Shown here: positions 12,853 to 23,784 of the stretch, one piece after another
Numbering within the stretch: position 1 is the stretch's first letter
Layout: each line of letters opens with the position of its first letter
Assembly (NCBI RefSeq): GCF_001194135.2
Contig: NC_068985.1
Location: 29,102,361-29,161,980 of the forward strand
Length of the DNA stretch: 59,620 nt
Direction: 5' to 3'
From: Octopus bimaculoides
Lineage: Eukaryota
Translations under genes and position numbers: made by a program
The notes under the pieces: model-generated
The model's database searches: none
What the model was told of the DNA's origin: nothing
The model's input: only the letters and a program-made list of their open reading frames with translations

Positions 12853-13974
12853 NNNNNNNNNNNNNNNNNNNNNNNNNNNNNNNNNNNNNNNNNNNNNNNN
12901 NNNNNNNNNNNNNNNNNNNNNNNNNNNNNNNNNNNNNNNNNNNNNNNNNNNNNNNNNNNNNNNNNNNNNNNNNNNNNNNNNNNNNNNNNNNNNNNNNNNN
13001 NNNNNNNNNNNNNNNNNNNNNNNNNNNNNNNNNNNNNNNNNNNNNNNNNNNNNNNNNNNNNNNNNNNNNNNNNNNNNNNNNNNNNNNNNNNNNNNNNNNN
13101 NNNNNNNNNNNNNNNNNNNNNNNNNNNNNNNNNNNNNNNNNNNNNNNNNNNNNNNNNNAATGAGACAGTTTAGGGCAGCGATGTCAAATTCTCTTATACA
13201 CCAAATGTGCCATCAAAACTCTTGATTGGACTATATCAGGTGCAGGAGAAGAGCCATGCAAGGAACGTGAAGAGAGCCAAGCATAAAGACAGAAAATCAT
13301 GGTGGTGCTCCAGCATGACCACAGCCACCTGGCTGAAACCCATAAATAAATAAATAAATATATAATTCCAAAAGAGTTAGAGGTTGTTAATCCAGCTAAC
13401 TAAGGAATAATATCTATCCAATATACTGCTGGTAGAAAACCCAATTATTAATACACAAGTGTTTTGTTTTTTTTTTATTTGCATGGCAATTACACTACTG
13501 AATGTAATAAATGGTTGAGGGTTAAAAAGTTTTTTACCCTTAATTTATGCAGCAATAAGAAAATGGAGGGGATCAGGAGGTGGTATACATCAACTTTTAG
13601 ACATTATATCATATCTATTTATTTAAAAAAAAAACATTATAACAATATACATACATATATAGCATAATATGCTTTACATATACAATATATAAAAATACCA
13701 GTAATTATCAAAATATATAACGTAGATCACAAAAGATAGGATAATATCTTACAGCTGTTTCAACCAAGAGGCCAAAGTACTCCAATCTACTTATATCCCT
13801 TCAGTGAACTGAAGTATTTGGTAGATAAGATTTCGGTACTTGGGTGTGTGTCTGGGCTTCGTCAAAGAGTTTAGAAAGTTCATAGGGTTAAGTTATAAAT
13901 AAAAATACATACACATATACACACTTATGCTTACATACACATAAACATACATAAACACATGTACATCATCATCA

Positions 13975-14275
13975 TTTTACATCCGCTTTCCATGCTAGCA
14001 TGGGTTGGACGATTTGAATGAGGACTGGTGAACTAGATGGCTACACCAGGCTCCAATCTGATTTGGCAGAATTTCTACAGCTGGATGCCCTTCCTAACAC
14101 CAACCACTCCGAGAGTGTAGTGGGTGATTTTACATGCCACTGGCATGAAGGCCAGTCAGGCGGTACTGGCAACGGCCACGTTCAAAATGGTGTATTTTAC
14201 ATGCCACCTGCACAGGAGCCAGTCCAGTGGTACTGGCAACGATCTCGCTCGAATGTCTTTACACGTGCCATCACG
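13975..14275 (-). mobile_element. SINE-like family D with (ATG)n tail and internal tandem units of about 60 bp (other copies 5960-6195, 7975-8345, 17670-17800, 27590-28130, 34165-34385, 34460-34845, 38240-38790, 41565-41885, 57730-58015)
   Basis: Common 3' end CCAACCCATGCTAGCATGGAAAGCGGACGTTAAACGATGATG and repeated TTTTACGTGCCACCGGCAC..GCCAGT..ACTGGCAAC units. Confidence 0.85.
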
Positions 14276-14404
14276 ATTTCACTCAGTTATTATTATTAGG
14301 TGTATTATATTATTCTTATTAGCTAAAGTATAAACAGAGGAAGGAGAAAGTTATCAAAAGACAAATAATAGTGGAATATAAAAACAATATATCCTAAGAT
14401 TATT

Positions 14405-14500
14405 GTAGTTATGTAGGAATGAAAAGGTAGTTATGTAGGAATGAAAAGGTAGTTATGTAGGAATGAAAAGGTAGTTATGTAGTTATGTAGGAATGAAAAG
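14405..14500. repeat. 22-bp minisatellite (GTAGTTATGTAGGAATGAAAAG x4 plus an 8-bp partial unit)
   Basis: Exact units at 14405, 14427, 14449 and 14479. Confidence 0.95.
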
Positions 14501-14676
14501 GTATATAAGATTAATGACTAAAATAGCTCCTCACTTGCCTATTCTTTTACAATGTAATTTCTGACCTTTCCATTCAACTATTTCATTCATTTGCCTCTTC
14601 TTTACCTGCTTAACCCCTTTGATATCAAACTGCCACAGATCACTCCTAGTGCTAAGATACAAATTTCCTGTTTTAA

Positions 14677-15296
14677 CCCTTTAGTTTTTAAACCAGCTGT
14701 ATCCAACCCAAATATTCTACCCATTATATGCTCAAACTGGCCAGAACCAGCCTCTCACACTTACCCTGCAATGTCATTCTAAAAATAAACAATAACATCT
14801 TTCAAATCTTGAAGCTACAAGAGAATACCAGATTAATTCTTTAAAATGTGAATACATAAGAATTACTTTTGACAAAGTTGTTGTTGTTGGCACTCCGTCG
14901 CTTACGACGTCGAGGGTTCCAGTTGATCCAATCAACGGAACAGCCTGCTCGTGAAATTAACATGCAAGTGGCTGAGCACTCCACAGACACGTGTACCCCT
15001 TAACATAGTTCTCAGGGATATTCAGCATGACACAGTGTGACAAGGCTGACCCTTTGAATTACAGGCACAACAGAAACAGGAAGTAAGAGTGAGAGAAAGT
15101 TGTGGTGGAAGAGTACAGAACGGTTCGCCACCATCCCCTGCCGGAGCCTCGTGGAGCTTTAGGTGTTTTCGCTCAACAAACACTCACAAGGCCCGGTCTG
15201 GGAATCGAAACCACAATCCTATGACCGCATGTCCGCTGCCCTAACCACTGGGCCATTGTGCCTCCACTTTGACAAAGTAATCTGAATGCTAAAGGG
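14677..15296. mobile_element. piggyBac-like (TTAA) MITE interrupted by a SINE
   Basis: TTAA-CCCTTTAG ... CTAAAGGG-TTGA termini; about 220 bp after removing the SINE; homologous to the intact copy at 30677-30893. Confidence 0.75.
14879..15267 (-). mobile_element. Full-length tRNA-derived SINE family E with 11-bp TSD
   Basis: Head GTGGAGGCACAATGGCCCAGTGGTTAGGG..GGTTTCGATTCCC, (CAA)n tail, TSD TTTGACAAAGT at 14868-14878 and 15268-15278. Confidence 0.9.
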
Positions 15297-16424
15297 TTGA
15301 AATGATCTAAATGAAAGCTTTCTATCAAAATTCCATGTTAATTTATACTCCAAACCCCAGCTTAATAACGACAGTTATTTTGCTAAAATTAATTCAAACA
15401 AAGGCAGTATATTACAACAATAACCATGGTAAGGTTTGATGCTTTTATGAGAGGGTTGGGACTTGACACTGCCTAAATTGAACAATAAGAGTCACAAGTA
15501 AAGCCTTTAAATAGTCACAGCCAACAGCTGCTCTAAAATACAATTAAAAAAATATAAAGAAAAATTAACCAACAAGAAAGTGTCTATGTGGCTGCTGGAA
15601 CTGCTAGAAATAGCAGCCAAATCTCTCTCAAAACACTCCTGCTGTTTAAAAAAAATAACACATTAGATAAATGTGATCCTACATACACTACCACAAATGG
15701 AATGCGTTTGTTCATAGGTTTGATGAATCAAGGCAGAATCCCAGCTAAATAACAACAAAATTAAAAAAATATTAAACACCAACAGATGATTTGCTAACGT
15801 ATCTACATAATGTCACAAATTTTTAGTTCTAGGATTTCCCAAATAGAGCACAACTTCCTGTCCTGTTATCTATTTTCAACATGCCATATCCTCTCTCACA
15901 TATATCATAAGATCAGAACTGAAAATATTCAATAATACAAATAATAATAATAACTATCATTTCAAGTTGTTTGCACAAAGCCAGCAATTTCAGGAGGAGT
16001 GGAATAAGTCGATTGCATCAACCCCAGCACTTAGCTGGTGCTTATTTTATTGACCCCTGAAAGGATGAAAGGCAAAGTTGACTTTGGCGGAATTTGAACT
16101 CAGAACACAAAGATCGACAAAATGCCACTTAGCATTTTGTCCAGTATGCTAATGATTCTGTCAGCTCACTGCCTTAATAATAATAATAATAATAATCTAC
16201 TATAATAATACTCTTGTGTTTTTCTCCGTCACAACACATGAATGAGAAAGGAAGGGGTGATTGCAAACTGGTAGTGNNNNNNNNNNNNNNNNNNNNNNNN
16301 NNNNNNNNNNNNNNNNNNNNNNNNNNNNNNNNNNNNNNNNNNNNNNNNNNNNNNNNNNNNNNNNNNNNNNNNNNNNNNNNNNNNNNNNNNNNNNNNNNNN
16401 NNNNNNNNNNNNNNNNNNNNNNNN

Positions 16425-16436
16425 CTCTTCCGATCT
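16425..16436 (+). other. Probable Illumina adapter remnant at a contig edge (CTCTTCCGATCT)
   Basis: Exact 3' end of the Illumina sequencing-primer/adapter, immediately after an N gap. Confidence 0.8.
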
Positions 16437-19128
16437 GTGTGTGTGTGTGCGCGCAAACAACGGTCGATGTCACATCTCAAAAGACAACCATTAGAGAGCA
16501 TTGACAAATGTATTAATTGAATTATCATCCATATTTATATATAAAATACTACAATTAGCCATCATTTTTGACGGCATGGGGCCAGCTAGTAATAATAATA
16601 ATCTTTTCTACAAAAGGCACAAGGCCTGAAATTTTGTGGGAGGGGACCAGTCAATTATATCAACCCCAGGACTGTTTAACTGGTACTTAATTTATCAACG
16701 CTGAAAGGATGAAAGCAAAGTTGACCCCAGCGGAATTTTAAATCAGAACAACATTAAGATGGATGAAATGTTACTAAGCATTTTGCCTGACATGCTAACG
16801 ATTCTGCCAGGCCTGGAATTTGTAGGGAAGGGGATAGTCAATTACATTGACCCCAGTGCTCAACTGGTACTTATTTTATTGACCCTGAAACGATGAAAGG
16901 GAAAGTCAACTTCAGCAGAATTTGAACTCGGATCATAAAAACAGAGGAAATGCTGCTAAACGTTTTGTCCAGCATGTTAACGATTCTGCCAGTTTGTCAT
17001 CTTCATAACAACAACAGCAACAATAATAATAATAATAATAGAATTGTAATTTAATAAAATCAGATGGAGTCATGTCAAACAAAATCTGAAACTACCTTAT
17101 GCAATAAGAATCACCTCCCCTGTGGAGAGTAAAAATGGATCTGCTGCTTCTAGCTGCAAGTGTAAAGGGGCACAAAAACTCTCTGACCTATCATATGTGT
17201 TAATTAAAGTGATGGTAGTGGGACCAAAGTGTCATTGCCTTGGGGCATTAAGAGCCCTTTTCTTTACCACTGCACCACACCATAATAATAGTATGAAAAC
17301 AATTCTTATTATTCACGTGTTAGTAATTTCCAGCAAATAAAAAACGAAAAAAAAAGACATCTGTAGGTTGGTGACTTTATATTAGACTAAAAGCCTCTGG
17401 AATCCAGCCTGTTTAAGGTGACTGAAAGCCTGGAATCTAGCCTGTTGAAAGTAATAAAAATCAAAACCCCACACCTTTTGCAAGAGGTTAGAAAGCTAAT
17501 TTAAAAATTGTCACAGTCTACCAAAGCAATTGTTTATGAAAGGAGTTAATAGATATTTCATGAAGGCATGTGGCTTAATGGTAAAGTCTTTTGTTGCTAT
17601 ATTTCTATTCAAGTACAGTGCCTTTGTTTCAATTAATGTTGAAAATAACAAAGAATTTATTAAAATCACTTTGCCATTATTTAGCTGGAAACTCTGCCAA
17701 ATCAGATTGGAGCCTGGTGTAACCATCTGGTTTACCAGTCCTCAGTCAAATCGTCCAACCCATGCTAGCATGGAAAGCAGACGTTAAACGAAGATGATGA
17801 TTATTAACTTGAAATTTTTGATGGAAGTTTTTAATTTAGATCACTTTAAAATAGGATGTGTATATCATAGAACTGTGGAGGTGTGTGGCTTAGTGGTTAG
17901 GATGTCAGCACCATGATCATAAGACTGTGGTTTCGATTCCTGGATCGGGCGATGCGTTGTGTTCTTGAGCAAAACACTTCATTTCACGTTGCTCCAGTCC
18001 ACTTAGCTGGCATAAATTAGTGCTCTGATGGACCAGTGTCCTGTCTAGCTGGGAAACACACACGCCATTGAAACCGGGAAACCGGGCCCATGAGCCTGGC
18101 TAGGCTTTTAAAAGGGAGCATTTATTATCATATCATAGAACTACAGGTGGCTGGCCTCAAGCAGGTTGGTATCAAAAGGGTTCAGGTGTTTTTGCTCATG
18201 AACATGAGATCGTGGGTTCAATCCGTAGGCCAGGTGGCATGTGTCCTTGAGCAAGACATTTCATTCCCCATTGCTCTAGTCTACTCAGTTGTAAAGAGTA
18301 TCAACAAGGTGCTGGTGCAGCTCTCTCTCTCTCCCTATATCTGTCAAATTCTGGGTGTTCCATTGAGTCAACAATGAAGGGCTGAGAGTATGTCAATGCC
18401 TGCTAGTGACTACTTAGCAAAAAAGCAGGATACATGCTACCAAGCCATACACACTAGCAAAGGCTGGATGGCTGCACTGTGCTGTAGACACTTCAAATAT
18501 AATACTAATGCATAATTTATTGACTGATGAAATGCAAAAAGTCTGTGGTATTTGAATTCAGAAACAAGTAGTACATATCTGATAATTACTGGGCAAAATC
18601 CATCATTCTTAGAAGATGCATCAATCACACTAACAAGTAAAAAAAATTAAAAAATTAAAAATAACAAGGAAGCCACCATAGAGTCATTCATGCTGCAGAA
18701 AATAGCAACAAAATCTTCATTTCGGTGCAGGTATGGCTGTGTGGTTAGAAGTTTGCTTCCCAGCCACATGGTTCCAGGTTCACTCCCACTGCATGGCACC
18801 TTGGATAAATGTCTATTATAACCTTTGGGTCATCATGTAAGCAAATTTGGTAGACAGAGACTGAAAGAAGCCCAACATAAGTGTGTGTGCTTTGAGTTTG
18901 CCCACCACCAACACCAGAGTTGGTTTGTTTATATCCCCATAAATTAGTGGTTCAACAAAAGAGTCTAGTAGGATAAGTACCAGTATTAAAAAAAACTAAG
19001 TACTGGGGTCAATTTATTGAACAAAAACCCTTCAAAGCAGTGCCGCAGCATGGCCACAGTTCAATGACTGAAACAAAAAAATAAAAGAGAGAAGTGCTGT
19101 TCTATATTTTAGAGATGAGGAATTATGT

Positions 19129-19354
19129 ACCCCAAGATTCCGGGTTCAATCCCAGTCAGTGACTTGAATAAATAATAATAATAACATCAGCAAAAAATAC
19201 CTTAGGAATGAGAACAGAATACCCCAGTAGTCAAATAAAGGGTTGGGTTTGGATTTCCACCAGGACACCTGATGAAGGCTGGAGTATACATCAGCCGAAA
19301 CGTTGTGGTAACAACAAACAAGGTAAGGATACCTATCCGTCCAATGTAAATATT
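19129..19354 (+). mobile_element. tRNA-headed SINE family F carrying a hammerhead ribozyme motif (5'-truncated copy)
   Basis: B box GGTTCAATCCC, (TAA)n, then hammerhead core; homologous to the 27344-27515 copy, which retains the A and B boxes. Confidence 0.75.
19264..19309 (+). ncRNA. Minimal type I hammerhead ribozyme motif
   Basis: GACAC-CUGAUGA-A-GGCUG(loop)CAGCC-GAAA-CG-UU-GUGGU: intact core, 5-bp stem II, palindromic AACGUU stem III, stem I with one mismatch; predicted cut after 19304. Confidence 0.7.
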
Positions 19355-19568
19355 CTTTTCTACTCCAGGCACAACGTCCAGAATTTTGGGGGAGGGTGCT
19401 AGTCGATTAGATTGACACCAGTACGCAACTGGTACTTGTTTTATCGACCCTGAAAGAATGAAAAGCAAAGTCGACCTCGGCGGAATTTGAACTCAGAACG
19501 TAAAGACAGACGAAATACCGCTAAGTGTTTCGCCTGATGTGCTAACGTTTCTGCCAGCTCGCCATCCT
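19355..19568 (-). mobile_element. Full-length SINE family B with 16-bp TSD, inserted in the tail of the family F element
   Basis: TSD GTCCAATGTAAATATT at 19339-19354 and 19569-19584. Confidence 0.9.
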
Positions 19569-19613
19569 GTCCAATGTAAATATTGCAAAAAGAGAGAAGA
19601 TATCACAACTTAC

Positions 19614-19648
19614 TGCCTTGGACAATATGATAGCCCTGAGTGTAGGAC
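19614..19648 (-). CDS. Candidate 35-nt exon (frame ambiguous; SYTQGYHIVQG if joined to 23347 and 5879)
   Basis: Very strong acceptor ccctttttttccccag and donor GTAAGT; all three frames are open. Confidence 0.5.
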
Positions 19649-19944
19649 CTGGGGAAAAAAAGGGATGTTCATGTCATAGCTGAAACATATTTGACCATAG
19701 CTTGTGGCTCAGTAAGGTCTAACCGGCAGCTAAACAATAGCCATGATTTTACTTCTGGATAGAGACATACTAGATAATCTGCAACTGCAGGTTTGGCTGT
19801 GTGGTTGAGACATTCACTCTCCAACTACATGCTTTTGGATTGTCCCACTGCTTAGCACCTCGGACAAGTATCTTCTACTGTAACCTCAGGTTGACTAAAG
19901 CATTGTGTGCTGACAGAAGCTGAATGAAACCCATCACGTATATT

Positions 19945-20180
19945 CTTTTACTTGTTTCAGTCATTTGACTGCGGCCATGCTGGAGCACTGCCTTTAGTCG
20001 AACAAATTGACCCAAGGACTTATTCTTTGTAAGCCTAGTACTTATTCTATCAGTCAGTTTTGCTGAACCGTTAAGTTACGGGGGACGTAAAGATACCAAC
20101 ATCGGTTGTCACATGATGGTGCGGGGACAAATACAGACACACACACAAATATATATACATACATACATATATATATATAC

Positions 20181-20213
<33 letters not shown>

Positions 20214-20365
20214 CATATACACAACAGACTTCTTTCAGTTTCCGTCTACCAAATCCACTCGCAAGGATTTGGTAGGCCCGAGGCTATAGTAGAAGACACT
20301 TGCCCAAGGTGCCACGCAGTGGGACTGAACCCGGAACCATGTGGTTGGAAAGCAAGCTTCTTACA
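19945..20365 (-). mobile_element. Bipartite SINE (family A head + central CA/TA microsatellite + about 200-bp tail); also 18720-19085 +, 22150-22510 -, 29690-30315 -, 45650-46020 -, 48015-48385 -, 53790-54170 +
   Basis: The same two modules recur in the same order and orientation around a variable microsatellite. Confidence 0.8.
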
Positions 20366-21592
20366 ACACCTAATGTTAACAATAGATGGAATGTGAACTT
20401 TTCAGACAAAAACATCTCTCAATAATAGGCTTAACTGGTTATGCAATTGTAAAAAATCATCTAAAATGCCTATTAGATAACCAATGCTTAAGAAAAACCA
20501 GGGGAATGTACTTACTATTATATAGGTGGTTGAACAACTGATTTTAAGTCAAGATTATATAATCACATTTGTTTAAACATAGAAAAAATAAATAACTTCA
20601 CTTCTTTAAGTAAATTTGTCTGGAGCTTCAAAGAGAGGAAAGTTAAGTACAATATTAAATGGTCTATAATAAATAGTGCCCTACTATATAATGGATGGAA
20701 AAATGCAACTTATACCTCAAGGAGACACTGCATATCATTACATCCAAATCTAACATTAAATAAATGAAACTTATTTAGTAAAACCTTCAAAATCTTCCTA
20801 AATAAATGTAGTTCTGATTAGTGCACCTAATATAATAGTCTGGTAGATTAGGATTTTTTAGTTAGTACACTAATATTTATTTCATCTAATTATTTTAGTT
20901 ATCTTATTTTCTAATTATCATTATTATTGTTCTTGTTATTATTTAAATTATTTTTAATTTTGTAATTAGCTTGTTTAATTATTTTTAATTCTGTAAATTA
21001 CATTGTTTAATTATTTCTAATTCTGTAATTAGATTGTTTAACTATTTTTTAAATTTTATTTTTTATCGTAGTTTATCTATCTAAATCATCATGATCATCA
21101 TCATTTAACATCAGTTTTCCATGTTGATTCTGGTAAGATGGTTTAACAGGAACTGACAAGTCAGAAGACTGCACCAAGCTCTGCTATCTATTTTGGCATG
21201 GTTTCTATGGCTGGATATCCTCCGTATGCCAACCACTTCATAGAGTCCACTGGGTGCTTTTTATGTGGCACCAGCAGCAGTGAGGTCACCACATAACTTG
21301 CAGAACAAGGCCTCTTTCAACTGGGAACAGTAGTATTGAAGGAAAGAAAAAATGCCTTGCATTAAAAGAGAAACATAGCCACCTCAGATAAAGAGGAGAG
21401 AAACATGGTAAAGATGTGACGGGAGGGGGCAAGATGCAATGAAAATTTTAGGAAAATAAAAATAAGTGGAACTTTTACCAGTGAGTGTGTTAAATTATAA
21501 GTCACAAAAAGTAAATGACTCTCCCCGGACACAACAGAATATGCTTCAACACACGAACTCACATAAAGAATCTTGCAAACCAAATCCCAAAA

Positions 21593-21623
<31 letters not shown>

Positions 21624-23346
21624 ACAGGCTTCTTTCAGTTTCTGTCTACCAGATCCACTCACAAGGCTTTGGTCGCCCCAAGACTATGGCAGAAGACACT
21701 TACCCAAGGTGCCATGCAGTGGGACTGTATAATTTTCCATTTTATTTTTTTTTGTGCTTATATAACTAAATGTATTATGGAAGTAGGTTTCTCTATGTTC
21801 TACTGGTGGTCAACTTTGTCATTCATCTCTCTCTGGGTCATTTACTGAATATTAATACAAATGACTATACCACAACCTCTGTTCACCTATATAGCTGTTA
21901 ATAAGTGACCACACACCAATGACATTATATGGCCTTGTACCTCCACCTCTACACATTCATACAAGTTTTGTTCATGAGTATAAGAAATAATAACAGGCAG
22001 TATAGAAACAGTAGAACACCAGAATGGATGCCATCTAAGTATTTAATCCAACCCCATATGTTCTTAATTCAAATTACGTTTGTTTCAACAAGGCAGTCAT
22101 CTTTTAATATCAATATCATAATAACTGTCTTTGACAGGTATGGTCTTAAATCTTTTACTTGTTTCAGTCAATGAATTGTGGCCATGATGGTGCAACGCCT
22201 TGAAGTGCTTAATTGAAGAAAATCAACCTCAGTATTTATTTTTTAAAGTCTGGTACTTATTCTATAGATCTCTTTCGCCAAACCACCGTTACAGGGATTT
22301 AGACAAACCAACACTAGTTTCCAAGCAGAGAGGGAAGGTTAATCACACACACACACGACAGGCTTCCACACAGTTTCCATCAACTAAATTTACACACAAG
22401 GCATTGGTTGGCCTGGAATTATATAGAAGACATTCAACCAAGGTACTGCGCAGTGGAATTGAACTCAAAAATCATGGAATTGTAAAATGAGCTTCTTAAC
22501 CAAACAGTCATGTGCTTATACACAGCTATAAGTATAAGCACCGTGGCCTATCATCTACAACTAAAGGTTCATATTAACTAACACCCTGTAAATAAAAGCT
22601 GCATAGATGAGAACCATGGGAGAAATATGTTTTGGGTGATAACTTTTAATTTGTCACATGGTTTAACACCATCATTTGTTACTGAGTGTCAGTAGAGTTC
22701 ACTCTAAGAAGTCAGCCTATATCTTGCCGTTGTTTTTGTTTCACCCACCAGTTTTGCAAGACTTAGAATATCATGGCCACTACACACCAACATGCTTAAT
22801 ATATCAAATTCTTGGCTGAGACAATACAATAACAATAAACAGAGGTTGGGGTAGAAAGATAGAGCGAGCACAGATAGTGAGTGGGATACATACAGAGAAC
22901 TTCGCTCTGTGCTGGTTAGATCCGCTACCAGTGTGTTTATGCGAGTGCTTGTATTTATTAAAAGGTGATCTAGTCGTAACTATATATATCTCGGTAACTT
23001 CATTATTCCATGCAGACAATTGGGTAAGATTTGGCTGTTATTTCTGATAGTGTAATCATATATATATATACATTAAATATATCCATGTTACATATCACGG
23101 TATAGTGGTAATTATTATTAAATGTTTTTTCGTCTCTACGGACAGAAAAAAAGAACCGGATATATTATACATATGTGCATGTTTATGTGTGTGTGTGTGT
23201 ATGCGCGTGTGTGCATACACACAAACATGCACTATATCATCACAGACGGGTTTCGACCCGTAAGTCATAGACATTCCCCTTCTCTAGAGATGCTAACGTC
23301 CTTGAGAAAGATGCGAGCATATTAACAAATCCTCCTTAGTGTTTAC

Positions 23347-23459
23347 CTTCTAAAGTTAACAGCGCTAATCACTTCCTTGATGAGTATCGTTAACAAAACG
23401 ATTAGTAGCAATTCACTTTGGGATAAAGTGCGTGGGATAAATACGTTATCCATTATCAT
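23347..23459 (-). CDS. Candidate first coding exon with signal-peptide/TM-like segment (MIMDNVFIPRTLSQSELLLIVLLTILIKEVISAVNFR)
   Basis: ATG directly preceded by an in-frame TGA, hydrophobic LLLIVLLTILI, donor AG|GTAAAC, upstream acceptor near 23511, in a CpG-richer non-repetitive region. Confidence 0.5.
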
Positions 23460-23750
23460 TCATGCAGTTGGAAATTCATGTGCAATGCATATTTATCTTG
23501 CAGGTCCGAACTGCAAATTAAATGTGGTTTTATAGATATGTTACAATTGAATCAAAAGAATCAGTCTTCGACAATACAAACATTGGGCATAATTATCTTT
23601 AATACAAGGATCGCCAAGATATAAAATGTAAACAGCTTCGGTCTGGAGGATTCCGAGCCGAAACCCAGATGTTTATAGAGGTAGATTTTCTACTTAATGA
23701 GAAAGAGAGAATCTATAAAAAGTATATATAACGTGTTCGGCTTGAGATTT

Positions 23751-23784
<34 letters not shown>

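Noticed and set aside
14879-15267. tRNA-like heads (A/B boxes) as tRNA genes
   Set aside because: No acceptor-stem closure; they continue into shared repeat bodies with tails and TSDs, so they are SINEs
18437-18630. Minus-strand exon candidate VIDASSKNDGFCP...
   Set aside because: Good acceptor but no clear donor; the best phase-1 donor creates a stop when joined to the next exon
20716-20750. 35-nt minus-strand exon candidate (LDVNDMQCLLE)
   Set aside because: Plausible splice sites, but phase 1 does not fit either upstream candidate exon; left unassigned
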